64,000 nucleotides of DNA, taken from contig CBDATQ010000001.1 of assembly GCA_965199955.1 (NCBI GenBank), positions 1,760,001 to 1,824,000 on the forward strand, given 5' to 3'. Below are positions 1 to 10,895 of the stretch, one piece after another. The position numbers were made by a program, and so were the translations under genes. The DNA comes from Spirochaetia bacterium. GTDB taxonomy: Bacteria; Spirochaetota; Spirochaetia; SZUA-6; Bin103. Each line of letters opens with the position of its first letter. Position 1 is the stretch's first letter. The notes beneath the pieces are model-generated. The model made no database searches. It was given only the letters and a program-made list of their open reading frames with translations, and was not told the origin of the DNA.

Positions 1-2
1 CC

Positions 3-872
3 GCGCTGAGCGCCATCGACCAGGCGCTGTGGGACATCAAGGGCAAGGTGCTCGACGCACCGGTGTACCAGCTCCTCGGCGGGGCGGTGCGCGAGTCGAT
101 CCGCGTCTACGCCGGCGCGGGCGACCCGGAGCAGGCGCGGGAACGGATCGCCGAGGGCTTCGCCGGCGTCAAGGCCGGCGGCGGCTGGCACGGCCCGGAT
201 CACGCCGTGGACGACCGGCGGGCGCCGGAGGTGCTGCGCCGGGAGCTGCTCGCGATCCGCGACGCGTTGCCGCCACACGCCGAGTTGATGGTCGACAACC
301 ACGGCCACTCGCGACCGCCGGATGCGATCCGGCAGATCCGGGCCGTCGACGACCTGGGGCTGCTGTTCTTCGAGGAGCCGGTGCCGCCGGACAATCCGGA
401 CGAGCTGGCGCTCCTGCGCGCCGCCGGCCTGTCCACGCCGCTGGCCGCTGGCGAGCGCCTGCACAGCCGCTGGGCGTTTCGCGACCTGGTGATCCGCCAG
501 CTCGTGGACGTGATCCAGCCCGACATCTGCCACTGCGGCGGCATCTCGGAGCTGTGCCGCATCGCCGCGCTGGCAGAGATCTACGGGATCACCGTGGCGC
601 CGCACAATCCCAAGGGGCCGGTGTCCACGGCCGCCAGCCTGCACGTGTGCGCGACCATCCCCAATTTCCTGATCCTCGAGCACGCGCACGCCAACCCGCT
701 GTACGACGCCGTGCAGACGGAGCCGATGCGGATCGGCGAATCGGGCTACGCGCTGCCGGCAGGCCCGGGGCTTGGGGTCGACCTTGACGAGGAGGTAATC
801 GCCGCCCACCCGTACCGCCACCGGCCGGTCCTGCAGGCATACGAGGCGGACGGCACTCCCTCGCACCCATAG
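3..872 (+). CDS. Mandelate racemase/muconate lactonizing enzyme family dehydratase (galactonate dehydratase-like), 5' end outside the window
   Basis: ALSAIDQALWDIKGK..PVYQLLGG, FFEEP, AAGER, IQPDICHCGG and APHN are enolase-superfamily motifs; frame is open to the window edge. Confidence 0.85.
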   Translation, partial: ALSAIDQALWDIKGKVLDAPVYQLLGGAVRESIRVYAGAGDPEQARERIAEGFAGVKAGGGWHGPDHAVDDRRAPEVLRRELLAIRDALPPHAELMVDNHGHSRPPDAIRQIRAVDDLGLLFFEEPVPPDNPDELALLRAAGLSTPLAAGERLHSRWAFRDLVIRQLVDVIQPDICHCGGISELCRIAALAEIYGITVAPHNPKGPVSTAASLHVCATIPNFLILEHAHANPLYDAVQTEPMRIGESGYALPAGPGLGVDLDEEVIAAHPYRHRPVLQAYEADGTPSHP

Positions 873-873
873 C

Positions 874-968
874 GTGCGGCCGGACGAGCGCCGCCACGAG
901 CTGGACGCCCTGCGCGCCTTCGCCATGCTGCTTGGCGTCGCGCTGCACGCATTGCTGACATTCTCTCC
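874..968 (+). pseudogene. N-terminal remnant of an acyltransferase-3 (OpgC/MdoC-like) gene
   Basis: ERRHELDALRAFAMLLGVALHA matches the family's first motif; similarity stops after ~30 codons at a transposase remnant. Confidence 0.6.
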
Positions 969-1092
969 CGGAGATGACGCTCTGCAGCGCCAACTTCTTC
1001 GGCACCCGCCACGGATCGACCCGCGCAAAGCGCTGCGTGCTGCGCGAATCGCGCAGCACGAACTCCAACTCCCGGTACGAGTAGCCCATCAG
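967..1092 (-). pseudogene. Internal fragment of an ISNCY/IS5-like transposase
   Basis: LMGYSYRELEFVLRDSRSTQRFARVDPWRVPKKLALQSVIS resembles the SY.eL.F.L.DS...FaR...PkkSaLq segment of such transposases. Confidence 0.55.
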
Positions 1093-1687
1093 ACTACACT
1101 GGGCGGCGGCTCATCATGTGATAGTCTCAGGCTGTCGTCGGCAACTTCGCAACCCGCCCAGCCAAATGCGAGTCATGTCATGCTGGTTGAAACAATGGAG
1201 ATGGGTCATTCCGGGATAAGACGATTGTCAGGGAGCGTTTCGCGCGGCTAATGGCCACGTATAATCTGCATCTCGAGTAATGGGTTGACGAGAAACGAAA
1301 GTCGCACGGGAGGATCAGGGCGTTGTCGCATTCCAGCCCCTTGGCCTTATGAATTGTGCTGATGGCCTTTGTGGGAGGCAGTGGGTACGCGTATGATCTC
1401 CTCCTCGTGATCTCCGCCAATCCTTGGTGCGCGTTGGGGTAGTCTCCCAGACGAATGGCATCCCGGAATTCGCGACGAAAATCGACGTTAATTTTCTTGA
1501 AGCCGTCAACGGACTCTCGCCGATATTGATCAATTTGGGCTAGACATCTTGAGACACCAAGGTGGTTCGGCTCGTCAAGGAGCAAGCGGCCAAGCATCTG
1601 GATGCGCGCAGGTTTCCCTCGGGTCGAACTCGTGCAACCCTCTTGCACCTCCTTTTCGAGGCGATCGCCATGGCTTGATTTGCTAAA

Positions 1688-3677
1688 CCGAAGTTCCAGA
1701 GCGTGAATCTCTCGTAACTTCATTGACAGAAATTAGTTGAAAGGTGATCTGCGTGCTGATTGGCGTCGTTTCGTGTCCATGCAGATGGTGGTGAATAGCG
1801 GCGAGATACATGCTATTTGATCTTGACATATCGTGACTTGTGTGTATTCTGTTGCCACAGATCAGTAGTCATGTACATCGAGTCTGTCCCCAACCGCTCC
1901 TCTCCCCCTGCCATCCTGCTCCGCGAGTCCTACCGCGAGCACGGCAAGGTCAAGAAGCGCACGCTCGCGAACCTCTCCAAATGGCCCCCTGATCTGGTCG
2001 ACGGCTTGCGCACCCTGCTCAAGGGCGGCCACGCCTTCGCCTCGGTCTCGGATGCGTTGCTGCTCACGCGCTCGCTGCCCCACGGCCACGTCGCCGCCGT
2101 GCTGGGCATCCTCAAGCAGCTCGGACTCCATACCCTCATCGCCCGCAAGGCCAGCCGCTCGCGCGAGCTGATCATCGCCATGATCACCGCCCGCGTCATC
2201 GACGCGCAGTCCAAACTGGCCACCGCCCGCGCGCTCTCACCGCCCAGCGCCGTGTCCACCCTGGGCGAGTCGCTGCGGTTGGGGGAGGTCGATGAGAACG
2301 AGCTCTACGAGGCGATGGACTGGTTGGTCGGGCGCCAGGCGGCGATCGAGGACCGCCTGGCCGAACAGCACCTCAGCGAGCACACGCTGGTGCTCTACGA
2401 CGTGAGCTCGACCTACTTCGAGGGCAGCCACTGCGAGCTGGCGCAGTTGGGACACAGCCGTGACGGCAAGTCGGGCACGCTGCAGATCGTGTTCGGGCTG
2501 CTGTGCACCCAGGAAGGCTGTCCGGTGGCGGTGGAGGTATTCCCTGGCTCTACCGCCGACCCGAAGACGGTGAGCGCGCAGGTGGACAAGATCCGCACCC
2601 GCTTCGGGCTCACGCGGGTGGTGCTGGTCGGCGACCGCGGGATGCTGAGCGCGGCGAGGATCCGCGAGGACCTGCAAGAGGTGGAGGGGCTGCGCTGGAT
2701 CACCACGCTGCGCGCGCCGACGATCCGCAAGCTGGTGGCCGCCGGCGAGGTGGCGCCGTCGTTGTTCGACGAGCGCGACCTGGCCGAGATCACCAGCGAG
2801 GAGTTTCCGGGCGAGCGGCTGATCGTGTGCCGCAACCCGTTGCTGGCCGACGAACGGGAGCGCAAGCGCCAGGAGCTGCTACAGGCCACCGAGCAGAAGC
2901 TGGCCCCGATCGCTCAGGCCACCCAGCGCGTCCATCAGCCGCTACGGGGCGAGGCCGAGATCGGCATGCGGGTCGGCAAGGTGATCAATCACTACAAGGT
3001 GGGCAAGCACTTCGTGACCGAGATCACCTCCGAGTCGTTCAGCTTTCGGCGCGATGAGGCCAAGATCGACGCCGAGCAGGCGCTGGACGGGCTGTACATC
3101 GTGCGCAGCAACGTGGAGCCGCAGGTGCTCGACGCGGCGCAGACGGTGCGCGCCTACAAGGGGCTGTCGAAGGTGGAGCGGGCGTTTCGGTGCATGAAGT
3201 CCGTGGACCTGAAGGTGCGCCCGATTCACCACCGGCGCGCCGATCGGGTGCGGGCGCACGTGCTGCTGTGCATGCTGGCCTACTACGTGGAGTGGCACAT
3301 GCGGCGCTCGCTGGCGCCGTTGCTGTTCGACGATCACGATCGACAGGGCGCCGAGCGCAAGCGGGTCTCCGAGGTGGCTCCGGCAGCGATCGGCGGCCGC
3401 GGCGGCCAAGGCGTCGAGCAAGCGCACCGAGGACGGGTTGCCGGTGCACAGCTTTCGCACGCTGATCACTGAGCTGGGCACGCTGACGGCGAACACGATG
3501 CAGGTTGCAGAGGGCGGCAGCACGTTCACGCTGCACACGCACCCGACGCCGGTTCAGCAGCGCTGTTTCGAGCTGCTTGGGGTCACGCCCCGCATGTAGC
3601 CATGCACAGGAACCTGCACCATTGAGAAACTACCCTGACCACAAGGACTTCAGGCAATTTCGCTCCTGGAACTTCGG
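1688..3677 (+). mobile_element. IS1634-family insertion sequence
   Basis: Terminal inverted repeats CCGAAGTTCCAG (1688-1699) / CTGGAACTTCGG (3666-3677); direct repeat GCTAAA at 1682-1687 and 3678-3683. Confidence 0.92.
1871..3599 (+). pseudogene. IS1634-family DDE transposase with a frameshift near 3385
   Basis: MYIESVPNRSSPPAILLRESYRE, LYDVSSTYFEG, VGDRGM, VERAFR; the C-terminal GLPVHSFRTL...PTPVQQRCFELLG is in a different frame and ends at TAG 3599. Confidence 0.88.
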
Positions 3678-4713
3678 GCTAAATCCCGACGCGATGTTCT
3701 CCATGAACTTGACTACAGCTCGCGCGACCCGAACAGCATCGCCCGAGCTCTCATCGATCGCCGTTACGAGCCTGTCGAGTTCCGAGCTCGTATGACCTTC
3801 CCAAACAGAAATGGTGCGATTCCAGAACGCTGCGAGTGCCTTTGTCATATCGTTCTGGGGCGTCAAAATCAATAGCTCGCTGACCGATCGCGTCACCCGG
3901 TCTATGGGGGCTCGTTCGGATGGGCTCAAGCGATATCCGCGACCTTTGGCAACATTGTCCGCGTGTAGTATTCTGATACCGTCGGGAGGCGCGCGAGACA
4001 CGTCGATGGTTCGTCCGTCTTTCAAGGCCTCGCGCGTTGTTAGTATCCACTCGCCCAAGGCCGGTGTTCCGTAACGCCATCTATGGGGTGTGCGCAGTTC
4101 GGCGAAAGCCCCGAGGGCCTTGATCTCCTCCCAGCGAGCGGCCCCTTGGTCTGCTTTGAGTGAGGAGTAGATATCCTGCATCGGGTCACCAAAGATCCGG
4201 AGCTTGGCGCCGGCCTTCCCCAAGGCCATGATGATCGCGTGCTGGTCGTTGCTTGAGTCCTGATGCTCGTCGGCCACGACGAAGGGGTACCTTGACGCTA
4301 GCATCTCGGAAATAAAGGAGTGCAGGTGCATGAGCTTTGCCACGCGCGCCGCAACCTCACCGTATCCGTTCTTATCTCGGCTTGCCTATACAGCCGGATC
4401 GGGAGGCAGGTCGAGGGACTGATGGTAAGCGGCCGCGATCTGCATAATCAGGGAATCGATCGGCCTCGACGACCTGGCAGCGGACGACGAGCTGTTCGCC
4501 GTGTTGATTTGGACTTTGCGCCGCGCGTTGCGCGTTGCCTTTGCGAACGCGGCACAGGCGGCGTGCGTATGCGTGAGAATCAGGATGTAGCCGGTGGTGA
4601 GATTCGACGCCGCTTGTCCCGCATACCGAGCTCCCTGATAGGTCTTTCCGCAGCCCGCAGGGGCCTCGACGACGACAAGAGGCTCCGTCGAGTGAAGTAG
4701 GCTCAGGACTTGA

Positions 4714-6473
4714 TCATCGGTCATCAGCGAGATCTGCACGTGCGCTTTGATTCACACCCGCCCGAATCGCGTTTATGAACGGCATCAGCACGGGCTTCAA
4801 CTGCGGCCATACGTCAAGGGCAAACATCTTCTTCGCAAGTTCGCGTCCGCCGTCTACTGACTTGAACCAGCGTCTCCCATGCCGGCCCCAGACCTTCGCG
4901 GCAACATCATTCGGCGCACCTGCTTTACTACCCGTGGCCGCCGCAATCATCAGAGCACGCAAGTCGCTCGATGCTGCCTTAATGGCTTGGAGGCTGCTGT
5001 CTTTGATCTCCAGTCTCTCGGCCAGCGTCACACGGCGCTCAGCAAGAACACCCGCATCCGAATGCCTCATCATCGCGCATAGCTGTTCTTCCGTTACGAG
5101 GGACAGGAGGTGCGCCTCGGTGCAGCCTTGCGCCCAACGAAAGAGACGGCCGCCCATCTTCGTCTCGAGGGCGGACCAACGGCCAGGCCTACCCTCGTGA
5201 TCGGCGAACCCGCCGAACACCAAACCACTGTCGGCCATGGCCTCCAGAAGGTCGAGGGTGGCGGGATTACCTTGTCCGTCGCAAACGCGAACACCATGAT
5301 CGGTGAAGCTACCGTCAAAGCCAAGTTCCAGAAGGTGCGACACGAACCCCACCTCTGTAGGACCCTCAGCGATGATAGCCAACCTGGACAGAAACGTTTC
5401 GGGCTCGCGGCACTGTTGACTACGGATCTTGTGATGCGGCAGTTCACCAACGTTACCAGTGCCGTCGAGATACCACAGAGTTGCCTCGTAGGCTGAACTG
5501 ATCGCAACGGCGCTATGGGTCGTGGCGAAACTCTGGCTGCTCTGAGCCTGCAACGTTCTAATCAGCTTCCGAAGACGATATGGCTCAAGCCCCCTTTCTA
5601 TTTCATCGATGACAGTAACCCTGGTCTCGGCTTCGGTCGCGGCCGCAATCTGAAGCGCTGCCATACGGCGCGTTCCCGCACCCCAGCTCGACAGTGGAAG
5701 TAGTGTGCCGTGTTGGCGTTCCGCGAACAAGCCGATCAACGCACCGATCGAGAGCCCCTGACTGGTGGTGAGACCCAGATCTAGATTACTGGGCAGGGCC
5801 TCTCTTTTGAGCGCTTGATCAAGCTGTTCGAGTGCTGTCTTGGCTTCTTCCCCAAGTTTGTTGGCGAGATTGATTTCGGCGACATGTTGTCCTATCCTTC
5901 CGCGCAGGCCGGGGTCGCTGAGCAGACGGTCCAAGGCTGACCCGTAAACCAGTCTGAGATCGCGGTCATTGCGGTCGTCGCCACCCAGTCGGACAACGCC
6001 GATTTTCCGGCGGACCGCGACGGAGAGAGGATCCACATCGTCGCTTGGTTGGACGATTTCCCAGTTAATCTCTAACTCCGAAGTTCCACGTACCTGAAGG
6101 CGGTAAACGTATTTGATGTTTGGAGTGCCTCTTCCTCATCATCGGGATTAGTGGGCCTTACGGCGTCGGTCCCGTCCCACTTCCACGGCCAAGCAAACTT
6201 CGGTTGTTGGCTAATCTCGGAGGACGGTGGCAGTGACATGACTGCCTGGATGACGAACTCGTTGTCGACGTGCCGAAGCCAGTAGTCGGCCTCAGAAAGG
6301 ACTACAGCATTGGTAGGACTCAACAGCAGAGCGATGGCTTCGAGAATGGTGGTCTTCCCGACATCGCCGCCGCCGAGAATCACGTTCATGCCGCACGCCG
6401 GGTTCCAGTCGAGCTTCTCGAACGCGCGAAACCGCGTGATCTTGAGTTTGAGGATTGTTGAGCTGTCCGTCAT
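4714..6473 (-). pseudogene. gajA: OLD-family ATP-dependent nuclease (ABC ATPase + TOPRIM), Gabija GajA-like; frameshifted near 6110-6130
   Basis: N-terminal RFRAF..GGGDVGKTTILEA Walker A; WGAGTRR signature; IDEIERGLEP Walker B; TTHS; TOPRIM IIAEGPTE..FADHE; two ORFs join with one frameshift. Confidence 0.8.
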
Positions 6474-6709
6474 TCCTTTCCTGTCCGTGTGAGTAGCTGT
6501 CCGCCAGTCGAGCACAGCCGCCGGGTGCCAAGCGGAGACGGCTGGATCGTAACTGAAGTCCGCAGACACCTACCAGTGACATTCCCTTTACCTCGCTGTC
6601 GTAACAGAACCGGAGATGGTACAGGTCCAAGATCGGTAAGCGTCCGCTGAACGCCACCTTACGACGGCTGAAATAGCGGGTGATCGTCCCTGTCAGGAGG
6701 GACGATGAG

Positions 6710-7024
6710 GTGAACGAGAGACACGGGCGCGAGTATTGGAGCCAGCAGGTTGCCGAGTGGCGGAGCAGCGGCCTGTCGAGCAAGGCGTACAGCGAGCGGC
6801 ATGGCCTGCCGTATTCGTCGCTGTGCCGGTGGGCGGGCAAGTCGAGGCAGTCCTCGGGGCCGGAGAGTCAGCGGCTGGTCGAACTGGGGCAGCGCGGCGG
6901 CGGTGCCGAGCCGGGCGCGACGATCGAGCTGGTGGTCGGCCAGCGGTACGTGCTGAAGCTGAGGCGGTCGGTGCGGGCTACCGATCTGCGCGAAGTACTG
7001 GAGGCGCTGGAGGGCGAGCGGTGA
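6710..7024 (+). CDS. tnpA: IS66 accessory protein TnpA
   Basis: WSQQVAEWRSSGLSSKAYSERHGL HTH-like motif; first ORF of the IS66. Confidence 0.75.
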   Translation: MNERHGREYWSQQVAEWRSSGLSSKAYSERHGLPYSSLCRWAGKSRQSSGPESQRLVELGQRGGGAEPGATIELVVGQRYVLKLRRSVRATDLREVLEALEGER

Positions 7025-7371
7025 TCCGGGTGGAGCTGGGCGCGGCGCGGATCTTCGTACGGCCTGGGGCGACCGATATGCGCACGCAGGTCAACGGGCT
7101 GGTAGTGCTGGTGCAGGAGCAGATGCAGCTCAGTCCGTTCGAGACGGCGCTGTTCGTGTTCTGCAACGCGCGGCGGCGCGTGCTGAAAGCGGTGTACTGG
7201 GATCGGACGGGATTCTGTCTGTGGATGAAGGGGCGATTTCCGTGGCCGCCAACGGCGACCGAGGCGCGCCGAGAGATCGGCATCGAGGAGCTTCGGATGC
7301 TGCTGATCGGATCGATTTCTAGCATACCCACGAGGAGCTCCGGTACCGGGAAATCGCCTGAGGTGGGTTGA
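7021..7371 (+). pseudogene. tnpB: IS66 accessory protein TnpB, probably damaged
   Basis: GATDMRTQVNGL, LFVFCN, YWDRTGFCLW; the usual KRLE before GRF.WP is missing and the C-terminus looks aberrant. Confidence 0.75.
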
Positions 7372-7404
7372 CACTGTCAGCATATTTCGTGCTATGGCAT
7401 CTAC

Positions 7405-9028
7405 ATGTCCAGCGCGCCAGCGGTCGCCGAAGAACGCGATGCGCTACGCGAAGAGAATCGTCGCCTGGTCCTGGAAAAGGACGATCTGGACGCGAAACTT
7501 CGGGAGCTGAACAAAGAAGCTGGATCTCTACGAAGAACAGGTGGAGTGGTTCAAGAACAAGCTGTATGGACGCGGTACCGAACAGCTCACCGCCGCCGAG
7601 CGGCTGCAGATTCGAGTGTTCGATGAGATCGAACACTCCGCCGACAGCCCGTCGCCGGACGATGAGCCGTCCGCGGATCAGGCGGCCGCCGAGGTGCTTG
7701 CGCGCACTGGCAGCCGCCCGCGGCGCAGACCGCTGCCGCAGGCGCTGCCACGGATCGAGCAGGTCATCGACCTGCCCGAGCAGGACAAGCAGTGCGAGTG
7801 TGGCCACCCCCTGGTGCGCATCGGCGAGGACACCTGCGAGAAGCTCGACGTGATCCCGCCGCAGGTACGGGTGATCCGCACGGTGCGGCCCAAGTACGCC
7901 TGTCATCACTGCGAAGGCTCCGGCGACGAAGAGCATCCGGCGGTGCGGATCGCGCCGCCGCCGGCGGCGCTGATCCCGAAGGGGCTGGCCTCGGAGGGGC
8001 TGGCCTCGGAGGGATTGCTGGCGTTTATCGCCACGGCGAAGTTCTGCGACGCGCTGCCTCTGTACCGCCAGGAGCGGCAGTTCGCGCGCCTCAGCGTCGA
8101 GCTGTCGCGGCGCACGATGTCGGACTGGATGATCGCTGCCGCCACAGCCTGCCAGGCGCTGATGGAGGCGCTGCTCGACAAACTGCGCTGCGGACCGACC
8201 CTGCAGATCGACGAGACCACCGTACAGGTGCTCAAGGAGCAGGACCGCGCCAACACCGACCTGAGCTACGTGTGGGTGGCGCGCGGCGGTCTGCCTGATG
8301 AGCCGGTGGTGGTGTACCGCTATGAGCCCAGCCGCGCCGCGCGGGTAGCCTTCCAGATCATCGGCGACTACCAGGGCTACGTGCAGACCGACCGGTACGA
8401 CGGCTACGCGCGCCCGTGTGCGCAGCCCGGCATCGTGCACGTGGGCTGTTGGGCGCACGTGCGGCGAGCGTTCAAGGAGGCCGCCGACGCGCTGGGCAAG
8501 GTGTCCAGCCGGGCCGCAGCGGCGCTGCATGCGCTGGGGTTCATCGCCAAGCTGTACCGCGCCGAGTCGGAACTGTCGAAGTACCGCGATAAGGACCCTG
8601 AGCGGTTCGTGGCCGCGCGGCGCGCACAGGTGCAACCGGTGCTGGCGAAGTTCCACGGCTGGCTGCAGGAGAAACGCGACCAGGTGCTGCCCGGCTCGGC
8701 GCTCGGCAAGGCGGTGGCCTTCGCGCTCAGCGAGTGGCCGAAGCTGATCCGCTATCTGGACCACCCGCAGATGAGCCCGGACAACAACGCCTGCGAACAG
8801 GCGATCCGCCCGTTCGTGGTGGGCCGCAAGAACTGGCTGTTTTCCGGCAGCCCGCGCGGAGCCAAGGCGAGCGCGATCCTGTACAGCCTGATCGAGACCG
8901 CCAAGGCCAACCGGCGCGAGCCGTACTGGTATCTGCGCGAGCTGTTCGAGAGGCTGCCGCATGCGCGCACCCGCGCCGACTACCTCTCGCTCCTGCCGAC
9001 TGCGCGTCCACCGCCGCCGGCTTCATAG
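7405..9028 (+). pseudogene. tnpC: IS66 transposase TnpC, frameshift near 7515
   Basis: Coiled-coil start, zinc-finger CECG..YACHHC, KFCDALPLYRQ, IDETT, CWAHVRR, DNNACEQAIRP, GRKNWLF; 15-bp tandem duplication (GLASE x2) at 7981-8010. Confidence 0.88.
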
Positions 9029-9174
9029 AGCCTGGTTTCGCCGGTCGCTTACCAAGATCGCGCTCCCGCTCTCTTCCGTAGAGCCCTTGTAGGAGCTGGG
9101 GAGCACATGCCGATCAACGCTGACCACGTTTCGGTTCGGTTCATTGCGTGTGCGGCGATGCCGCGTTCCGTGCT

Positions 9175-10383
9175 CTACGGGTAGAAGTAGCCGAGGGGGT
9201 AGACGCGCAGCACGTTTTCGTGGCCCAGCACCACATCGGAGGTGCTCTCGTCCTCGAAACCGGACTTCGTGCCACCCGCGAGCTCGAACCACTCGCGGGC
9301 GTAAAGGATGAAGACCCGGTCGCCGATCACCCGGACGTTGGGATAGCGGAACACGGCGAAGTCGTCGGGCAGCTGGCCTAGGTCGGGCACGCCGATCACG
9401 GGGATGAGCGGGTACTCCTCCAGGACCCGCTCGACGTCGTCCAGGCCGGCGCTCACCTCGATGGTGCGGAATTGCTCCCAGGTGGCGCCCGAGTCGCGCG
9501 AGATGGCGGCCGACAGCCGGCCTCGCCGGTAGCCTCGGCGGATCTCTTCCCGCGACGCCTGGTTCCAGACGCAGAGCAGGTCGCCGGTGGACGGGATCGA
9601 GGTCACGGCCGGCGGCGAGTAGGAGGCGGCCAGAGCGGTGGGGCGCACCGCCGACCACGTGGCGCCGCCGTCACGGCTGTAGCTTGCTACCAGCCGGCCT
9701 ACCGTGGAGCGCGCCAGGAACAGCACACGCCCGTCGGTGGTCTCGACCACGCTCGGCTCGTCGCAGGCGGTGATGCCGCCGTAGCCGTTGGCGACGCCGT
9801 CGCGGTCGAACCAGCCCATCAGCTCGCCGTCGCAGGTCTGCCAGGTCGCTCCCTCGTCGTCGGAGTAGCTCACCGAGGCGATGTCGATCTCCGGCCAGTG
9901 GTAGTGCCCGTCCACCAAGCGCCGGATTCCCTTCCAGATGCCGTAGCTGCGGATCTGGTCCAGCGGCAGGTCGGGGTGGTTCTGGTTGGCGAAGCACGTC
10001 CGGTTGGGGTAGAGGAGGCGGCCGCTCGACAACTGGATCAGGGTGTCGTAGTAGGGACTGCCGAACAGTTCGATCGGCCGTCCCCCGCCCCAGCTCCTCC
10101 CATCGTCACCCGAGAGCCACAGCGTGTCCCGCGAGAACGCGGCCAGGGCGCCGGACTGCAGCCGCAGAAGCCCCCACGCGCAGACCGGCTCCGGGAACTC
10201 CCGTTCCTCTCCCCACGACTCTCCTCCATCGTGGGAGATGCGATAGTGGCGCTTGCGCGCCGCCAGCAGCGCACCGTCGGCGAGCTGAGCGATGCTCCAC
10301 TCTCGGCCGACCCCCACGACTTCCACCACGCCTTCCGGAGGCGGCTTGCGGAACGAAGGGCGTCCTGGTGTCTTGTCGTTCAT
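9175..10383 (-). CDS. Asp-box (BNR) sialidase-like beta-propeller protein
   Basis: Repeated S.D.G.[TS]W boxes (SHDGGESW, SDDEGATW, SRDGGATW, SRDSGATW); no signal peptide. Confidence 0.75.
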   Translation of the reverse strand: MNDKTPGRPSFRKPPPEGVVEVVGVGREWSIAQLADGALLAARKRHYRISHDGGESWGEEREFPEPVCAWGLLRLQSGALAAFSRDTLWLSGDDGRSWGGGRPIELFGSPYYDTLIQLSSGRLLYPNRTCFANQNHPDLPLDQIRSYGIWKGIRRLVDGHYHWPEIDIASVSYSDDEGATWQTCDGELMGWFDRDGVANGYGGITACDEPSVVETTDGRVLFLARSTVGRLVASYSRDGGATWSAVRPTALAASYSPPAVTSIPSTGDLLCVWNQASREEIRRGYRRGRLSAAISRDSGATWEQFRTIEVSAGLDDVERVLEEYPLIPVIGVPDLGQLPDDFAVFRYPNVRVIGDRVFILYAREWFELAGGTKSGFEDESTSDVVLGHENVLRVYPLGYFYP

Positions 10384-10403
10384 GGTTCCTCCTCGGAAAT
10401 GCG

Positions 10404-10895
10404 TTAGCCGTCGGCGGCCAGCCGCACGAGAAACCGGTCGAAGTCGTCCAGGTCGCGGGCGATCAGCGGCCGTACTTTCTCGTAGGTTCGGGTCAAAGAG
10501 TCGATTCGATCCCAGTCGTATTGCTGCTCCACATAGTGGCGTTTGAAGTGACGGAATCTCATGAGCTCCGCTAGGTGCCGGTAGGTCTCGCGTGCGATCA
10601 GAGGCTGTCGGATGCCGGGGACTTCGAGAGTCATCTTCTCCAACAGGTCACTGTGCCAGCGGTCAGCCGACAGACGGTTTTCGAAGAATTGCGACACCCT
10701 GAGGAACAGGGTCTCCAGGGCGGTATAAGTGTCGTCCAGGACCTCGGCGATGACGATGGCGCTGGTCCGCCCGCGCCCGAGCGTGGGCAGCTCACGCTCA
10801 CGGAAGTCGCGATAGTAGGAGTCGACATCGTCCAGAATCTCTCGCGCCTGCGCGAGATGGCCGCGCAGAACCGCTATCGACTCAGGTACGCTCAT
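10404..10895 (-). CDS. HEPN/HepT-like ribonuclease toxin
   Basis: WHSDLL segment and RFRHFKRH RX4-6H motif; overlaps the upstream nucleotidyltransferase. Confidence 0.75.
   Translation of the reverse strand: MSVPESIAVLRGHLAQAREILDDVDSYYRDFRERELPTLGRGRTSAIVIAEVLDDTYTALETLFLRVSQFFENRLSADRWHSDLLEKMTLEVPGIRQPLIARETYRHLAELMRFRHFKRHYVEQQYDWDRIDSLTRTYEKVRPLIARDLDDFDRFLVRLAADG

Larger units (their letters stand above)
1178..4724 (-). pseudogene. gajB: UvrD/SF1 helicase, Gabija GajB-like; disrupted
   Basis: Walker A EAPAGCGKT, ILTHTHAA, VADEHQD, IFGDPMQ, TIHKAKGLE and LYVAISRAK; in-frame TAG at 4386-4388; split by IS1634; start overlaps the stop of the OLD nuclease gene. Confidence 0.8.
6636..9052 (+). 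mobile_element. IS66-family insertion sequence, degenerate
   Basis: Ends GTAAGCG.../...CGCTTAC; 8-bp direct repeat CAAGATCG at 6628-6635 and 9053-9060; tnpA-tnpB-tnpC order. Confidence 0.92.

Noticed and set aside
6078..6088. CCGAAGTTCCA matching the IS1634 inverted repeat
   Set aside because: It lies inside continuous gajA coding sequence with no partner end or duplication; probably chance
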